Under the pieces are notes generated by a model that worked only from the letters and a program-made list of their open reading frames with translations, was not told the origin of the DNA and made no database searches. The position numbers and the translations under genes were made by a program. From the NCBI GenBank assembly GCA_034530875.2, contig JAVRCJ020000012.1, positions 32,001 through 96,000 on the forward strand: a stretch of 64,000 bases of DNA. The letters run 5' to 3'. Below are positions 42,901 to 53,473 of the stretch, piece after piece (position 1 is the stretch's first letter; the number at the start of each line of letters is the position of its first letter). This DNA is from Nostoc sp. DedSLP01. Its GTDB lineage: Bacteria; Cyanobacteriota; Cyanobacteriia; Cyanobacteriales; Nostocaceae.

Positions 42901-43960
42901 TGAAATGTTGGGCTGACCACATCCCTTTTCCGGTTTGCAAATCCATATCCCAAGTTGCCATACCCGCCCCTTCAATGGCTAAGTTTAAACGTTCGTTGGC
43001 AGCTTGCAACTCTGCTGTTCGCTCTTGAATTCGGGCTTCTAACTCTTGATTGGCTTGAGATAATGCCCTCGCCGCTGTCTGTTTTTGCAAATCAAGGCGA
43101 TGTAGCTGTTGCCCATTCCAGATGACGAGTCCTGCAAAAGTGATGATATCCAATATGACTAAGATAGAAGTCCCAAAGGCTGATTCAAACAGTCCAATCC
43201 GCGCTGTAGCAATTCGCAACCACCCCAGAATCGACGGAATAGCGATCGCTGCCGGTAGCAGCCGACGGGTAGTGATTCCACCTGCGCTATTTGCGGCGAT
43301 AATCCTCATCAACCCCTGGTCTGGATTAGCCAGCAAAATCCCAATGGCTAGGACGACAAAACAGACTGCCGAATGCACGGCCATCTGGGTGTAGGGGTGA
43401 AAAGCAATTATCGGTTGAACCTGATAAAGATAAGCAACAATGACTTGAAGGGCGATTAAGCTTGTGAGGATGGCTAATGTTTCCACCCAACGAGTTGGCT
43501 TTGAACTTGGCGATGGTCTTGCACTCAGCCATAAAGCACTGCCAACAAAAGTAAAACAGATGGCTGCTAGGGGTGACATTCGCCCTGGCGTTAACGTACC
43601 GACAGCTTGGGTATCATCAACAAAAAGTAATTCGTCAATGCCCAAATTCCATCCAAATAGGTATTCACTAAGGGTAGCTAAAGCGATCGCTACCACACCA
43701 AAGCTACAAATTTGACCAATCCAGCGTTTCTTAGAGGATTGAGGCTCGGCAAGGGCAAATAAAGAAGTTCCCGCCAGAACAAAGCCTAATGCAGTGTTTG
43801 GCTTCATCGTCACTAAATTTGGCAGCACGCTCTTGAGAACGCTGATATCTAGAATCCAGCCAATCAGAACAAGGCAGCCAACACTAGCAACAAACGCTGC
43901 TGCTACTTTAGCCATCCTTGTTACCGAGGACAGTGACCATAGCTGAGATTGATAATTCAC
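39971..43960 (-). CDS. Membrane-bound multi-PAS histidine kinase
   Basis: N-terminal TM region, several PAS/PAC repeats, AHDLRAPLR, FERLH...GTGIGLAIV. Confidence 0.9.
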   Translation of the reverse strand: MNYQSQLWSLSSVTRMAKVAAAFVASVGCLVLIGWILDISVLKSVLPNLVTMKPNTALGFVLAGTSLFALAEPQSSKKRWIGQICSFGVVAIALATLSEYLFGWNLGIDELLFVDDTQAVGTLTPGRMSPLAAICFTFVGSALWLSARPSPSSKPTRWVETLAILTSLIALQVIVAYLYQVQPIIAFHPYTQMAVHSAVCFVVLAIGILLANPDQGLMRIIAANSAGGITTRRLLPAAIAIPSILGWLRIATARIGLFESAFGTSILVILDIITFAGLVIWNGQQLHRLDLQKQTAARALSQANQELEARIQERTAELQAANERLNLAIEGAGMATWDMDLQTGKGMWSAQHFNLMGYDLVSSGEATIKMWRNRIYPEDLEQVRQIEERAKRDRQILSFEYRIIDPNNDQLRWLKSIGRFFYNEVGEAVCCRGILFDITDSKVAQEERDRFFVLSLDMMCVAGIDGYFKQVNPAWEKVLGYTQAEILAQPFYSFVHPEDLERTRQEVERYAADNNASAIFENRYRCKDGSYKWLSWKSVAVSENDLIYAVARDVTVPKQAEDELAKQTKLVQRQADLLELTSEAIFVRDERGAITYWNRGAEAKYGWTPPEAMGHITHTFLQTQPPELASNLDRILLEQERWQGELTHTCKHGQQIIVDSRQVLIRDEQGNPCGFLEVNRDITERKQAEADLQKYKDIFQFAQHGLAISRGAVLERVNPAFARIHGYSVEELTGTQILDLFPPEIHTQTMEFIQQLNQVEHLTLESFHIRKDGSVFPVLLDITMVDDEPNLPYRIVNLVDISDRKQAEQEILNLNQELERQLAESQTLLEVIPIGIGIAEDPQCEKIRVNSAFAQMLAISPNANASLSAPEGDRPTNFQIYQNHRQLAPEDLPLQLAAAQGIEVRDFEIDVVWNDGTTLTLLEYAAPLFDERRQTRGSIGVFLDITERKRSEMALQNSLKDLADFKFALDRSSIVAITDTQGTITYVNDKFCELSQYSKEELIGQNHRIINSGYHPKEFFRQLWKTISNGEVWQGEIKNRAKDGTFYWVATTIVPFLDATGKPYQYIAVRSDITNRKTAEAELLQLNTTLEQRVEERTAQLREANKDLEAFSYTVAHDLRAPLRGIQGFAEALVDDYGERLDETAQEYIDYIVQGIERMNELISDLLAYSRLSREQIRLTPVRLTQILTEAQAQLEADIRDSQAEITVATDLPVVLGQRSVLVQMVVNLLSNAMKFVAPGIQPQIKIWFQTHENWVRLWVEDNGIGIQVAHQQQIFGVFERLHGIEAYPGTGIGLAIVRKGAERLGGQAGVESASGQGSRFWIELQGIE

Positions 43961-44480
43961 GGCGGCCTTTTAACCTTTGTAAAACTTTATTTTGTAGGGT
44001 TGAATTAGCAGCATTCAGTTAATTAAACTTTTAGAGTACTTGTCTAAAGATGCATAGAGCTTAAGTTTCTTATTAACAGGTGATTTTTCAAAACCTTTAG
44101 CTATTGAAATCATGTCAGATTTCAAACAACAGTATTTTAACTTTAATTTAGTCTGTATTAACTCGTATAAATATACTGTAATACACTGAGAGAACATCCG
44201 CGAGAAATTTTAGAAACAGCGATCGCTACAATTGCTATTGCTTAGTTTTTCCGGTTTTATTTCTAATTCTACTTTCTCTTAAGTAATACAAGAACAACGA
44301 AAGATTTTAGTTATCTTTGGAAATTGACTTTCCAAAATTGGCAAACTATTTTCCTAAGTTAACGATGTGCGACTAATCAAATTTAGCTATTGTAAAACCG
44401 TGCAGTCAAAGCGAACACCTAAAACGCCAGCACTGCACGGACTCAACTTATCTCCACTAACTAAAAAAGGAGAAAAACTT

Positions 44481-44867
44481 ATGTCGAATATTGACAATCT
44501 CACTTTTACGTCTGACTATTCAGCTTTTGGTGACCAACAATTCTTCACCGAATTAACTCTCGAAGAAGGAGCCGTAATCGAAGGTGGCCTCCTGTTTAAT
44601 CTCGGAAATAAATCGGGTATTGGGGTCAACTATAATATTAACGGCATCAAGGGCTTTTTGAATCCGGATGAGGAAAAGACATATTCCTTCTTCTTCAGAC
44701 CAACTGTTAAGTTCGACTCAAAGATTGGTGCTGGCTTTGTTTTAAGGACAGTCAGACTATCTCCAGGTAACAATAATTTCGATCGCATCGGCAGTACTTT
44801 AATCTTAGGTACTGGTGATGATAATAATCCTACACCTAACATAGTACCGAATTCTGCTCAAGTTTGA
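44481..44867 (+). CDS. Small protein with a double-glycine-type leader
   Basis: AAGGAG RBS before ATG 44481; ...FFTELTLEEGAVIEGG followed by a ~92-aa region. Confidence 0.7.
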   Translation: MSNIDNLTFTSDYSAFGDQQFFTELTLEEGAVIEGGLLFNLGNKSGIGVNYNINGIKGFLNPDEEKTYSFFFRPTVKFDSKIGAGFVLRTVRLSPGNNNFDRIGSTLILGTGDDNNPTPNIVPNSAQV

Positions 44868-45046
44868 CGGAAGAATAGACTTTTAACCTTCTTTTTTGCG
44901 ACTGAAATTATGACCGCAAGCGTAGACGCTGCATCGGCTTGTCCCAGACATCGCTCTATTCGTCTATCCAGAGTAGAAGCTCAAGGTCATTTGTGTGATT
45001 GGTTTTAAATATTAACCAGTGCTACAAAACATCGCTTGCGCGACCA

Positions 45047-45092
45047 TTCGCGAAAAAAGCCCACCAGTATATCTGCGGGCTTTTTTTGCGAA
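45047..45092. terminator. Bidirectional intrinsic terminator
   Basis: TTCGCGAAAAAAGCCC...GGGCTTTTTTTGCGAA between convergent genes. Confidence 0.65.
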
Positions 45093-45145
45093 CGCAATAG
45101 CTTGGTCTTTTTTCGAGGTAATGAGATATTTCTCAACTCACAAAC

Positions 45146-45544
45146 TTAGTAAGACGTGTATCGAGCAAATGATGTAAGTTGCGACTCAACACCACTGAGA
45201 TAGGCTGAATTATTCAAAGCTTCAGGTGATACTTTGTTAGCCTTGATAGCAGCTTTAACTACATCTAAGGTGGATAGATTTCCTGTTTGGTATTGAGTTA
45301 TCAAAGCACTTCCACTGGGAATACCTTGGTCTTCCAAACCACCTTGATAAGCCAGAAACGCAGCATTAAAAGGTTTGAGATAACTAGTTTTCGTCAAATG
45401 GTTTGGTAAATTTTTGGAATTGATAGCTGTATTGATTGGTTGATTGTTGTCGTTATTCGTTGCTGTTTGAGCGCCAGCTATTCCATGTATGAAAGCAATA
45501 GAAGCTACAATAAATGCAGAATTGATGAGAGTAACGAGTTTCAT
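45146..45544 (-). CDS. Exported hypothetical protein
   Basis: Signal peptide MKLVTLINSAFIVASIAFIHGIAGA; PFNAAFLAYQG...GIPS motif. Confidence 0.7.
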   Translation of the reverse strand: MKLVTLINSAFIVASIAFIHGIAGAQTATNNDNNQPINTAINSKNLPNHLTKTSYLKPFNAAFLAYQGGLEDQGIPSGSALITQYQTGNLSTLDVVKAAIKANKVSPEALNNSAYLSGVESQLTSFARYTSY

Positions 45545-45812
45545 AGATTTTCCCAAGCAAGAATAAAATTTATTTAGCCTTCTTTAGTAATAGGATCTTC
45601 TATTTTCTCTGTCTCAACCTCATGCTATTAGCTCACCATAACGGGTGATTTCGGCCTCATCCATTCGGATGAGTTAACTTGCTTCACACTATAATGAATT
45701 CTCACAAATACTTACAATACTCTACAAATCATTCTTGAGAGTGAAAGCTGAATAGTTCTAACTATGCTATGAACCTAAAAGCAGTTAACAAGGTATTGCA
45801 AGGTTTAGGCTT

Positions 45813-46937
45813 ATGATATTCATGCCTCATAATTTATTACTTGTATGGCTGGTTCAACTGCTTTCTGTTGGGGTACTTGGCGGGGGAATTTACATTCTCT
45901 ATGAATGGTACGAAGGAGAACTTGTAGGAAAATCTTACTTGGTGGCTGGACTAGTAATGGTTCTGTGGTCTTTTGGCGGTCGTTTTATTAGTTTGCCACT
46001 GCTGCGCCGTCCTGGAGATGAGGAACCCAAGTTTATGCGCAGCAAAACCGTGCAGCGTTTGCCACGACCGGATGGAAGCGTGTTGCAAGTAGAGTTTTTT
46101 GGCCCTGAGGACGGTCAACCGATTATTTTGTCGCACGGTTGGGGGCCGAACAGTACTATATGGTATTATGCCAAGCGACAATTAAGCGATCGCTTCCGCA
46201 TAATTGTTTGGGATCTACCAGGACTAGGAAAATCCTCGAAACCGAAAAACAACGACCATTCTATAGAAAAATATGCCCGTGATTTGGAAGCTGTAATTGC
46301 TATAGCAGGGGATAAACCTGCGATCTTGGTAGGACACAGCATGGGTGGAATGATTAATCTGACATTCTGTCGCTTGTTTCCAGAACAATTAGGGAGTCGG
46401 GTGGCTGGCTTAATTCTTGTAGACACTACTTATACAAATCCGGTAAAAACTTGTATATTTAGCGGTCTAGTACGTAAATTGCAAAAACCCCTACTCGAAC
46501 CGATTTTGTACCTGACTATCGTGCTGTGGCCGATTTTTTGGTTGATGACTTGGCTTTCATATTTAAATGGTTCGCTGTACATCACCGTCGAACTCTCTGG
46601 ATTTACGGGTAAAGAAACACGCGGTCAACTAAGTTTTGCAGGTTTATTATCAGCATTGGGTTCGCCTGGGGTTCTGGCTCGTGGGACGCTGGGAATGTTC
46701 AAATTTGATGAAACACAGACGCTGGCAAGCATTAACGTACCTGTGTTGGTTATTTGTGGTGCTTCAGATATAGCGACTAAACCTGTGGCAAGCGATCGCA
46801 TGAAAGCAGAATTGCCTTATTCTCAAAGAGTCACCATCAAACCAGGCGGACACATGGCATTGATGGAACAAAACCAACAGTTTGCCACAGCTGTAAGTGC
46901 GTTTTGTGCTGGCTACTCGTCAATAATGTTGAGTTAA
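45813..46937 (+). CDS. Membrane-anchored alpha/beta hydrolase
   Basis: Two N-terminal TM segments, HGWG, DLPGLG, GHSMGG, GHM. Confidence 0.88.
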   Translation: MIFMPHNLLLVWLVQLLSVGVLGGGIYILYEWYEGELVGKSYLVAGLVMVLWSFGGRFISLPLLRRPGDEEPKFMRSKTVQRLPRPDGSVLQVEFFGPEDGQPIILSHGWGPNSTIWYYAKRQLSDRFRIIVWDLPGLGKSSKPKNNDHSIEKYARDLEAVIAIAGDKPAILVGHSMGGMINLTFCRLFPEQLGSRVAGLILVDTTYTNPVKTCIFSGLVRKLQKPLLEPILYLTIVLWPIFWLMTWLSYLNGSLYITVELSGFTGKETRGQLSFAGLLSALGSPGVLARGTLGMFKFDETQTLASINVPVLVICGASDIATKPVASDRMKAELPYSQRVTIKPGGHMALMEQNQQFATAVSAFCAGYSSIMLS

Positions 46938-46975
46938 GAGAATTACCGTTGCTCAATTACGGTATGAATCTAGAT

Positions 46976-47002
46976 GTAGAGACGTTGCATTGCAACGTCT
47001 CT
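46976..47002. repeat. GTAG-type REP-like palindrome
   Basis: GTAGAGACGTTGCA-T-TGCAACGTCTCT. Confidence 0.7.
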
Positions 47003-47243
47003 GAAATCATGTGTTTATTTAAACTTCTTGCAGAAGTAGGGAAAAGGGAAAAGGTTTGGTATTTTCCTTTCCCCCTTTCCCTTTTCCCACAAGAGTGCAA
47101 AAAACACTTTTGTACTCTTACTCCATGAGTTGCACTCACAAGGAACAATCAAAATTTATTTTCCCTATTCCCTAATCCCCATTCCCTACTCCCTATTTTC
47201 AAGGCAGGTCTAGTTAACGGGTGTCTTGTTTTTAGCCAACAAT

Positions 47244-48854
47244 TCATGAGGCAGCGCGTTGCGTGGGTTCCTCCCGTTGTAGCGACTGCCGTTTCACCGC
47301 CAAGGAAAGCGGCTGTGGCGGGAGCATTCTTGTTGTTTTTAGTAACCTTTCCTTAACTCCAAAGTAGAGGTCGCTCAATTCTTCTATAGAAACATCGGTG
47401 TAGGATTGTGGACTCAGGAAGAACGGATGGATAGGAAGAAGTTCAGTGCGAGGGCGAGTGTCTGGTGAAGACAGAATCTCCTTGAGCAAACTCAGGTAGT
47501 TTTCAGCAGTAGATTCCCAAGTGTAGTTTTTCAGTACCCTTTGCTGACCAGCCTGGGCAAAATACTCCCACTCGTCAGGATTACATAACAATCGCTCCAA
47601 GCCCCGTGCAATATCAGCCGGATCTTCTGGGTCAACAAGTACGCCATATTCTTTATTTCCCTGCCGGAAGCTCTCGCTAGGGCCGCCGTTTTTGGTTGCT
47701 ACCACCGGCAAACCTGCGACTGCTGCTTCTAAGGGAGCCAGCCCAAAGGGTTCGTAAAGTGCCGTCAGTGCGAACACCGAGCGCCGTTTAACCATAAACC
47801 GATATGCTGCGCCCAATGACTGTTGAGATTGATCTGACAAGCCAAATGCAGAGATTTTTCCCCACAAGTTGTTTTCTTTGACGACTTCCCGAATCGGAGC
47901 TAATACTTCTTCAGTGATGCTGTCGCTAGCCTCTTGGCGCAAAGGATCGTCTAGTCCCCCTGTGAGTAACACTAAGTTCGCTCTCTCCTGGAGTGTTGGA
48001 CTCATAGCGAAGGCTCGCACCAACCCTAATATATTTTTTTTCGGTTCTAATCGACTGGATGCTAAGATGGCGGGCAAATCTCGACGCGATTCAGCAATAT
48101 CTCGTGCTAGTCGTTCCTGAACGAACTCTTGGGTGGCCTCTTCGTTTTCAGAACGCACATTTGCACCGAAAATCGAGAAATCTGCTCCCGGCGGAATCAC
48201 CACAAAGCGGTTGTCATCGTATACATCCACTCCACCGTTATATACTCGATGAGAATACTGTTCAAAGCGTTCCTGCCGCGTACTGGTGATATTCATAGCA
48301 GAGCGATTCATACTCAAGCGTTCCGCTAAGATGCGATATTTGAAGTGGAATTGCTCGTCTATTTCTGGAATGTTCTCCCGCGTGACCTCCAGTTTGTCCA
48401 TCTTTTGAGCGCCAAGAGAATGAGCTGTGAAGGTAAAAGGTATGCCTGTCTGTTGCTCGATTAAAACAGCGCACAGTCCTCCATCACCGTAGTGGGCAGT
48501 CATCGTATCGGGCAAGTCACCCTCTTGTCGATAAAATTTTAGGATGTTGGGTACCCAATCATTAATCAGATGAGGCCACAACAATTCTTTTGGCAAAAAT
48601 TCTTTTGGCCCGGCTGGTAAGCGGATAATGCGGACGTTATCGACCCCTGGATAAGTTTCAATTACCTGGGCAAACTCTGGCCACTCTGGGTCAATGATTT
48701 GACGGGTGAGAATATCAACTTTGTGTCCTTTTTCAGCTAAGGCTATGGCAACTTGCTTAACATAGATTAGCTGACCCCCAAAATCTGGGTGTTTTGTTAT
48801 ATGACTATTGCTTGAATCAAAATTGCCTTGAGGGTTGAGAAATCCAATGTGCAT
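47244..48854 (-). CDS. GT4 glycosyltransferase, sucrose-phosphate-synthase-like
   Basis: FLNPQGNFD...HPDFGGQLIYVK, HYGDGG, TAHSLG, SSRLEPKKN, YEPFGLAPLEA. Confidence 0.8.
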   Translation of the reverse strand: MHIGFLNPQGNFDSSNSHITKHPDFGGQLIYVKQVAIALAEKGHKVDILTRQIIDPEWPEFAQVIETYPGVDNVRIIRLPAGPKEFLPKELLWPHLINDWVPNILKFYRQEGDLPDTMTAHYGDGGLCAVLIEQQTGIPFTFTAHSLGAQKMDKLEVTRENIPEIDEQFHFKYRILAERLSMNRSAMNITSTRQERFEQYSHRVYNGGVDVYDDNRFVVIPPGADFSIFGANVRSENEEATQEFVQERLARDIAESRRDLPAILASSRLEPKKNILGLVRAFAMSPTLQERANLVLLTGGLDDPLRQEASDSITEEVLAPIREVVKENNLWGKISAFGLSDQSQQSLGAAYRFMVKRRSVFALTALYEPFGLAPLEAAVAGLPVVATKNGGPSESFRQGNKEYGVLVDPEDPADIARGLERLLCNPDEWEYFAQAGQQRVLKNYTWESTAENYLSLLKEILSSPDTRPRTELLPIHPFFLSPQSYTDVSIEELSDLYFGVKERLLKTTRMLPPQPLSLAVKRQSLQREEPTQRAAS

Positions 48855-49532
48855 AGCCCACTTCCTTATAGAGGGTGATTTCCACTAGAAATTGTTGCCT
48901 AAAACCGCAGCAGAAGACCTTAGCGAGCTTATTAAAAACTCCCAAGACTAAAAAGACAAGCACTGAGGTTGTAAATAAATCCCATCAAAAAGCGAGCTAA
49001 AGGGCTTCTATATGCTTCCCCTTAACTTTTGACTTTTCACCGGACTCGAAAACCTCTTTCCTAACCTCTCTCTTCTAAAGAAGAGAAGCTTTGAATTCTC
49101 TCCCTTCTCAGCTAGAGAAGGGGGCTGGGGGGGTTAGGTTTGGCGTTAGCTTTTCCACATAAGGTGAAAAATCAATTAAGCTTTAACCCAGCCAATTCTC
49201 TTATTTTCCTGATATTTAATTTAATCATTCTTGCCACTGATGCACATGTACCGGACGATATAAACCGCGTAGCAATCCCGAACTTAGGAGTTTCTCAAAG
49301 TTCTATTTCTTTTCGCCTAGTTCTCGTAGCTTCAGTTTTATCGACACCTTTTTCTATCCAAAATCTTATTGCAATATATTTTTTAGGTTGTTTAACAGTT
49401 AGGGCGATGTAGTAATAAGAAGAAAATATTGTATTTTCTGTAGCCCATAAACTCTTGGGTTAAGATTTGCTGCACTTGTATCTCGCATTCTTGGCTCTCC
49501 AAATTCCGGTAGGTATACTATACCAAGAGGTA

Positions 49533-49648
49533 TATAGGAATCCGGTTTGATTACTGAAATTATTTGTGTAGGTAGGGAGTAGGGAGTGGGAAAGAAGCCT
49601 TGTTTGGGTGTACTGATTTTTTTCACCAAATCAAATATGATTCCTATA
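49533..49648. mobile_element. MITE-like element with TA ends
   Basis: Inverted ends TATAGGAATCCGGTTTGATT...AAATCAAATATGATTCCTATA with an STRR-like interior. Confidence 0.55.
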
Positions 49649-49833
49649 GTTGCAGAATTAGGTTGCAAAAGGCAGCGTCTAGTAGAGTGTAGTTTTGATA
49701 TACTAAGTACTGAATCATCAAAATTATTCAATTAGTAAATGTTCAAATAAAACTAGCTTTATTGTACGCAAAGTTAATCTAAAAATCAGAATTGATATTG
49801 AGTAAAAAACTTTATATTGCCTGAAATGACAAC

Positions 49834-51834
49834 ATGTTAAACATTGCTGAAACTCTATTTAGACGCAAAATTATCAGAACTATTGGCTTACCAATTTTAT
49901 TATTGTTGTCATTGTCAGGAATTTCAATTTGGCAAATCTATCGCCTGCTTTCGGTGATGAGTTGGGTAGAGCATACCGACCAAGTGATTGCTCAAGCTTA
50001 TTTGACTCAAAAATTATTACTAGATTTGGAAACTGGAGTCCGTGGTTATCAACTTACAGGAAATTGGGAATTTCTTCAGCCTTATCGACAATCTAGCTCT
50101 CAAATTAATACTGCTTTTGATAAACTAGCCAATTTAGTTGTAGATAATCCTATACAAACTCAACGTTTAAAGGTAATTCGATTCCACGAGACAAATTGGA
50201 ATAATTTAATTTCCCAAGCCCTCGCCCGTAAAGAACGTGGGGAAGTAGAACCCATCGGAGGGTTTAAAATTCGCAAACGCATTATGGACGAAATGCGAAC
50301 CGAAATTGCTAAATTGATCGATACTGAAGAGCAACTACGCACTCAGCGTACTCAAGCAGTGCAAGCAACAACAATGCAAGTTATTGCCATCAGTATCATT
50401 TTAGCAATAGTATTTGGTATTTTTTTAGCTTACTTTATTAGCCGACAAGTTTTTCAAGTATCTCAAACTTATCAAAGTGCATTGATAACCGCACAACAGG
50501 AAGCAGAAAATGCCCAACAGCAAGCACAACAGGCTCAACGTGCTGCTCAACGACTTGCTGCTTTGCATAATATCGATCGCGCAATTTTAAGAAGTGAATC
50601 CATTGAATCTCTTATTAGTAATGCTCTAACTGAAATGCGTCAAATTTTACCTTACCAGCAAGCATTTGTAGCTGTGTTTGATTTTGAAACATCAACCAGC
50701 AAAATTATCGCTGGTAGCATTAATAACGGAGAATTACAACCGCCGATTGGCACTCAAATGTCATTCACTGAGTTTGCGACTAACACAACTGAGTTAGAAA
50801 ACATTCGTTATACACCCGATCTGGCAATAGCACAATCTTATCCGCCGATTCTGGCACAACTGCATTCTCAAGGAATGCGCTGTAGTCTTGCTATCCCTAT
50901 GTTTGCCGAAGAAACGCTATTTGGAGAACTTAACTTATCTACAACTGTTGCTGATGCTTTTAATCAGGAAGCCCACAATATTGCTTTTGAAGTTACGGCT
51001 CAGTTAGCGATCGCTATTCAACAATCTCTGCTACGCGAACAACTCCAAAGTTACGCCAATGAATTAGAAGAGCGTGTTGTCGAACGCACTGCACAACTGC
51101 AAGAAACAAACCAAGAGTTAGAAGCTTTTACTTATACTATATCGCACGATTTACGCGCACCATTACGTACTATGCAAGGCTTTGCTCAAGCATTAGAAGA
51201 AGACTACACAGACAAATTCGACTCAGTTGGGCAACAATACATTCAATTTATTACAGAGGGTGCAATCCAAATGGACACCCTCATTGCCGATCTTTTGGCA
51301 TACAGTCGTCTCAGTCGCGCCCAAATTCAAATGCAAAAAGTTGATTTAACTAGTGTTGTTGAAGAAGCTTTAAAACAACTAACTGCGCAACTACAGGAAC
51401 AGCAAGCTCAAGTCACAGTCAAAAAACCTTTACCCTTGGTAATGGCTCACCGTCCTACTCTCGTCCAGGTACTAATCAATTTACTCAACAATGCAATTAA
51501 ATTTGTGCGGTCTGGAATACAGCCAAAAATCCAAATCTATGCCCAGGAGCACCAGAATTCGATACAATTATCGATCGTAGACAACGGCATCGGCATTGCG
51601 CCACAACATCAAGAGCGCATATTTCGTGTCTTTGAACGACTGCATGGCGTTGAAATCTATCCAGGTACTGGTATTGGTTTAGCCATCGTCCGCAAAGGAC
51701 TAGAACGAATGAACGGTCGAGCCGGAGTAGAATCGCAACTAGGTGCTGGTAGTCGCTTTTGGATTGCTTTGCCAAAAGCCGTTCTTCATAGTAACGATAG
51801 TGATGACGCAAGTACTCCGGATTTTGATAATTGA
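49834..51834 (+). CDS. CHASE3-GAF histidine kinase
   Basis: WVEHT...DLETGVRGY (CHASE3), GAF, SHDLRAPLR, GTGIGLAIV. Confidence 0.9.
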   Translation: MLNIAETLFRRKIIRTIGLPILLLLSLSGISIWQIYRLLSVMSWVEHTDQVIAQAYLTQKLLLDLETGVRGYQLTGNWEFLQPYRQSSSQINTAFDKLANLVVDNPIQTQRLKVIRFHETNWNNLISQALARKERGEVEPIGGFKIRKRIMDEMRTEIAKLIDTEEQLRTQRTQAVQATTMQVIAISIILAIVFGIFLAYFISRQVFQVSQTYQSALITAQQEAENAQQQAQQAQRAAQRLAALHNIDRAILRSESIESLISNALTEMRQILPYQQAFVAVFDFETSTSKIIAGSINNGELQPPIGTQMSFTEFATNTTELENIRYTPDLAIAQSYPPILAQLHSQGMRCSLAIPMFAEETLFGELNLSTTVADAFNQEAHNIAFEVTAQLAIAIQQSLLREQLQSYANELEERVVERTAQLQETNQELEAFTYTISHDLRAPLRTMQGFAQALEEDYTDKFDSVGQQYIQFITEGAIQMDTLIADLLAYSRLSRAQIQMQKVDLTSVVEEALKQLTAQLQEQQAQVTVKKPLPLVMAHRPTLVQVLINLLNNAIKFVRSGIQPKIQIYAQEHQNSIQLSIVDNGIGIAPQHQERIFRVFERLHGVEIYPGTGIGLAIVRKGLERMNGRAGVESQLGAGSRFWIALPKAVLHSNDSDDASTPDFDN

Positions 51835-53344
51835 TGATAACCCAGGCGATCGCGCTTTAGTTATCCGAGAACTAAGGCGAGAATTTCCGCAACTTCAAGC
51901 TCAAGAAATTCGCGAAGCTGCTAGCTTTGCTAGAGCAGTAGTAGCAGATGAATTCGATTTAGTTATTACCGATTATCAACTTGGCTGGAGTACTGGACTA
52001 GAAGTTTTACATACCATTAAGCAGCAGTATCCCAACTGTCCAGTGATTATGTTCACTAACACGGGTAGCGAAGAAATTGCTGTAGAGGCAATGAAATCTG
52101 GGTTAGATGATTATGTCCTTAAATTACCCAACCGCTACATTCGCGTAGCCACTGCTGTGCGATTTGCACTAGAACGAAGACAAATCAAACAACGAGCTAC
52201 CTTACTCGAAATTCGTCTCCAAGGATTACTTAATCAATTAAAATTAGGTATATTTCGTACTTATCCAAATGGCAATTTTATTGAGTCTAACCCAGCATTT
52301 CTAGAATTATTGGGACTTGATTCATTATCACAAGCTTCAACAACAAATCTATTAAATATCCCTGCATACTACTCAAGACTCCAACAACTGCCGCCACCCC
52401 AACACCAAGAAGAAGAGATTCAATTACAACGAGCAGATGGAAGGCTCATTTGGCTAGAATTAAGCATCGCTCTCAATACAGTTGAGGAACAACAAGTACT
52501 AGATGGCTTAATAGAAGATATTACGTTACGCAAACAGGCTGAAATTGAAGTTCAGCAACTCAATCTCACTTTAGAAGAGCGAGTCACGGAGCGTACTGCT
52601 GAATTAGAAATAGCAAATCGAGATTTAGCACAAACAAATCAGCTTTTAGCGATGGCTAATCAAGATTTAGAAGCATTTACTTATTCAATTTCCCACGATT
52701 TGCGAGAACCACTACGAGCTATTCAAGGATTTGGTTCCATCCTCCTAGAGAACCAAAATACTCAATCCGATTTACAGAACCAACAAAATTATTTGCAACG
52801 CATTATTGCAAGCGCACAGCAAGCAGACAGGCTTGTTCAAGATTTATTGGAATACAGTCACCTCAGCCGTACTGAAGTACCATTACGAGCTATTAACTTA
52901 TCTTTATTGATGAGACAAATACTCAAACAGCTAGAACTAGAATTAACACAGCGACAGGCAAGAGTGCAAATTGAAGAACCTTTAGCTGAAGTGATGGGAA
53001 ATCCTACAATTTTAATTCAAGTAATTAGCAATTTGTTAACAAATGCGATTAAATTTGTTGCTCAAGGAGTCCAACCTGAGTTACGAATATGGACACAGAA
53101 GCATAATAAATTCATTCGCTTATGGGTACAAGACAACGGCATTGGTATAGAGGAAAGATATCAAAAACGCATTTTCAATGTTTTTGAGCGTCTACACAGC
53201 TATGAAACTTATCCTGGCAGCGGTATTGGCTTAGCAATTGTCCGCAAAGGAGTCGAACGTATGGGTGGGGAGGTTGGTGTAGAATCGCAACTTGGGCAGG
53301 GAAGCCGATTTTGGATAGATTTACCTGTAGTTAATGATTTGTAA
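51803..53344 (+). CDS. REC-PAS-histidine kinase
   Basis: Start at MTQVLRILIIDD, overlapping the previous gene; SHDLREPLR. Confidence 0.9.
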   Translation: MTQVLRILIIDDNPGDRALVIRELRREFPQLQAQEIREAASFARAVVADEFDLVITDYQLGWSTGLEVLHTIKQQYPNCPVIMFTNTGSEEIAVEAMKSGLDDYVLKLPNRYIRVATAVRFALERRQIKQRATLLEIRLQGLLNQLKLGIFRTYPNGNFIESNPAFLELLGLDSLSQASTTNLLNIPAYYSRLQQLPPPQHQEEEIQLQRADGRLIWLELSIALNTVEEQQVLDGLIEDITLRKQAEIEVQQLNLTLEERVTERTAELEIANRDLAQTNQLLAMANQDLEAFTYSISHDLREPLRAIQGFGSILLENQNTQSDLQNQQNYLQRIIASAQQADRLVQDLLEYSHLSRTEVPLRAINLSLLMRQILKQLELELTQRQARVQIEEPLAEVMGNPTILIQVISNLLTNAIKFVAQGVQPELRIWTQKHNKFIRLWVQDNGIGIEERYQKRIFNVFERLHSYETYPGSGIGLAIVRKGVERMGGEVGVESQLGQGSRFWIDLPVVNDL

Positions 53345-53473
53345 GCAATAAAGCTTTAAAATTACTGTTTTTCGTTTTGCCTTTCCCGTTTACAGCAATT
53401 TCCAGGTAAATAGACCACGTTGTAGGAGAGCACAGCTGTACTGCCTACCGAAAATTGTGGTTCAAAGGTTTCA

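Noticed and set aside
49140..49731. ORFs 49140..49412 and 49399..49731
   Set aside because: They run through dispersed repeats and a MITE in a divergent promoter region and show no recognisable protein features
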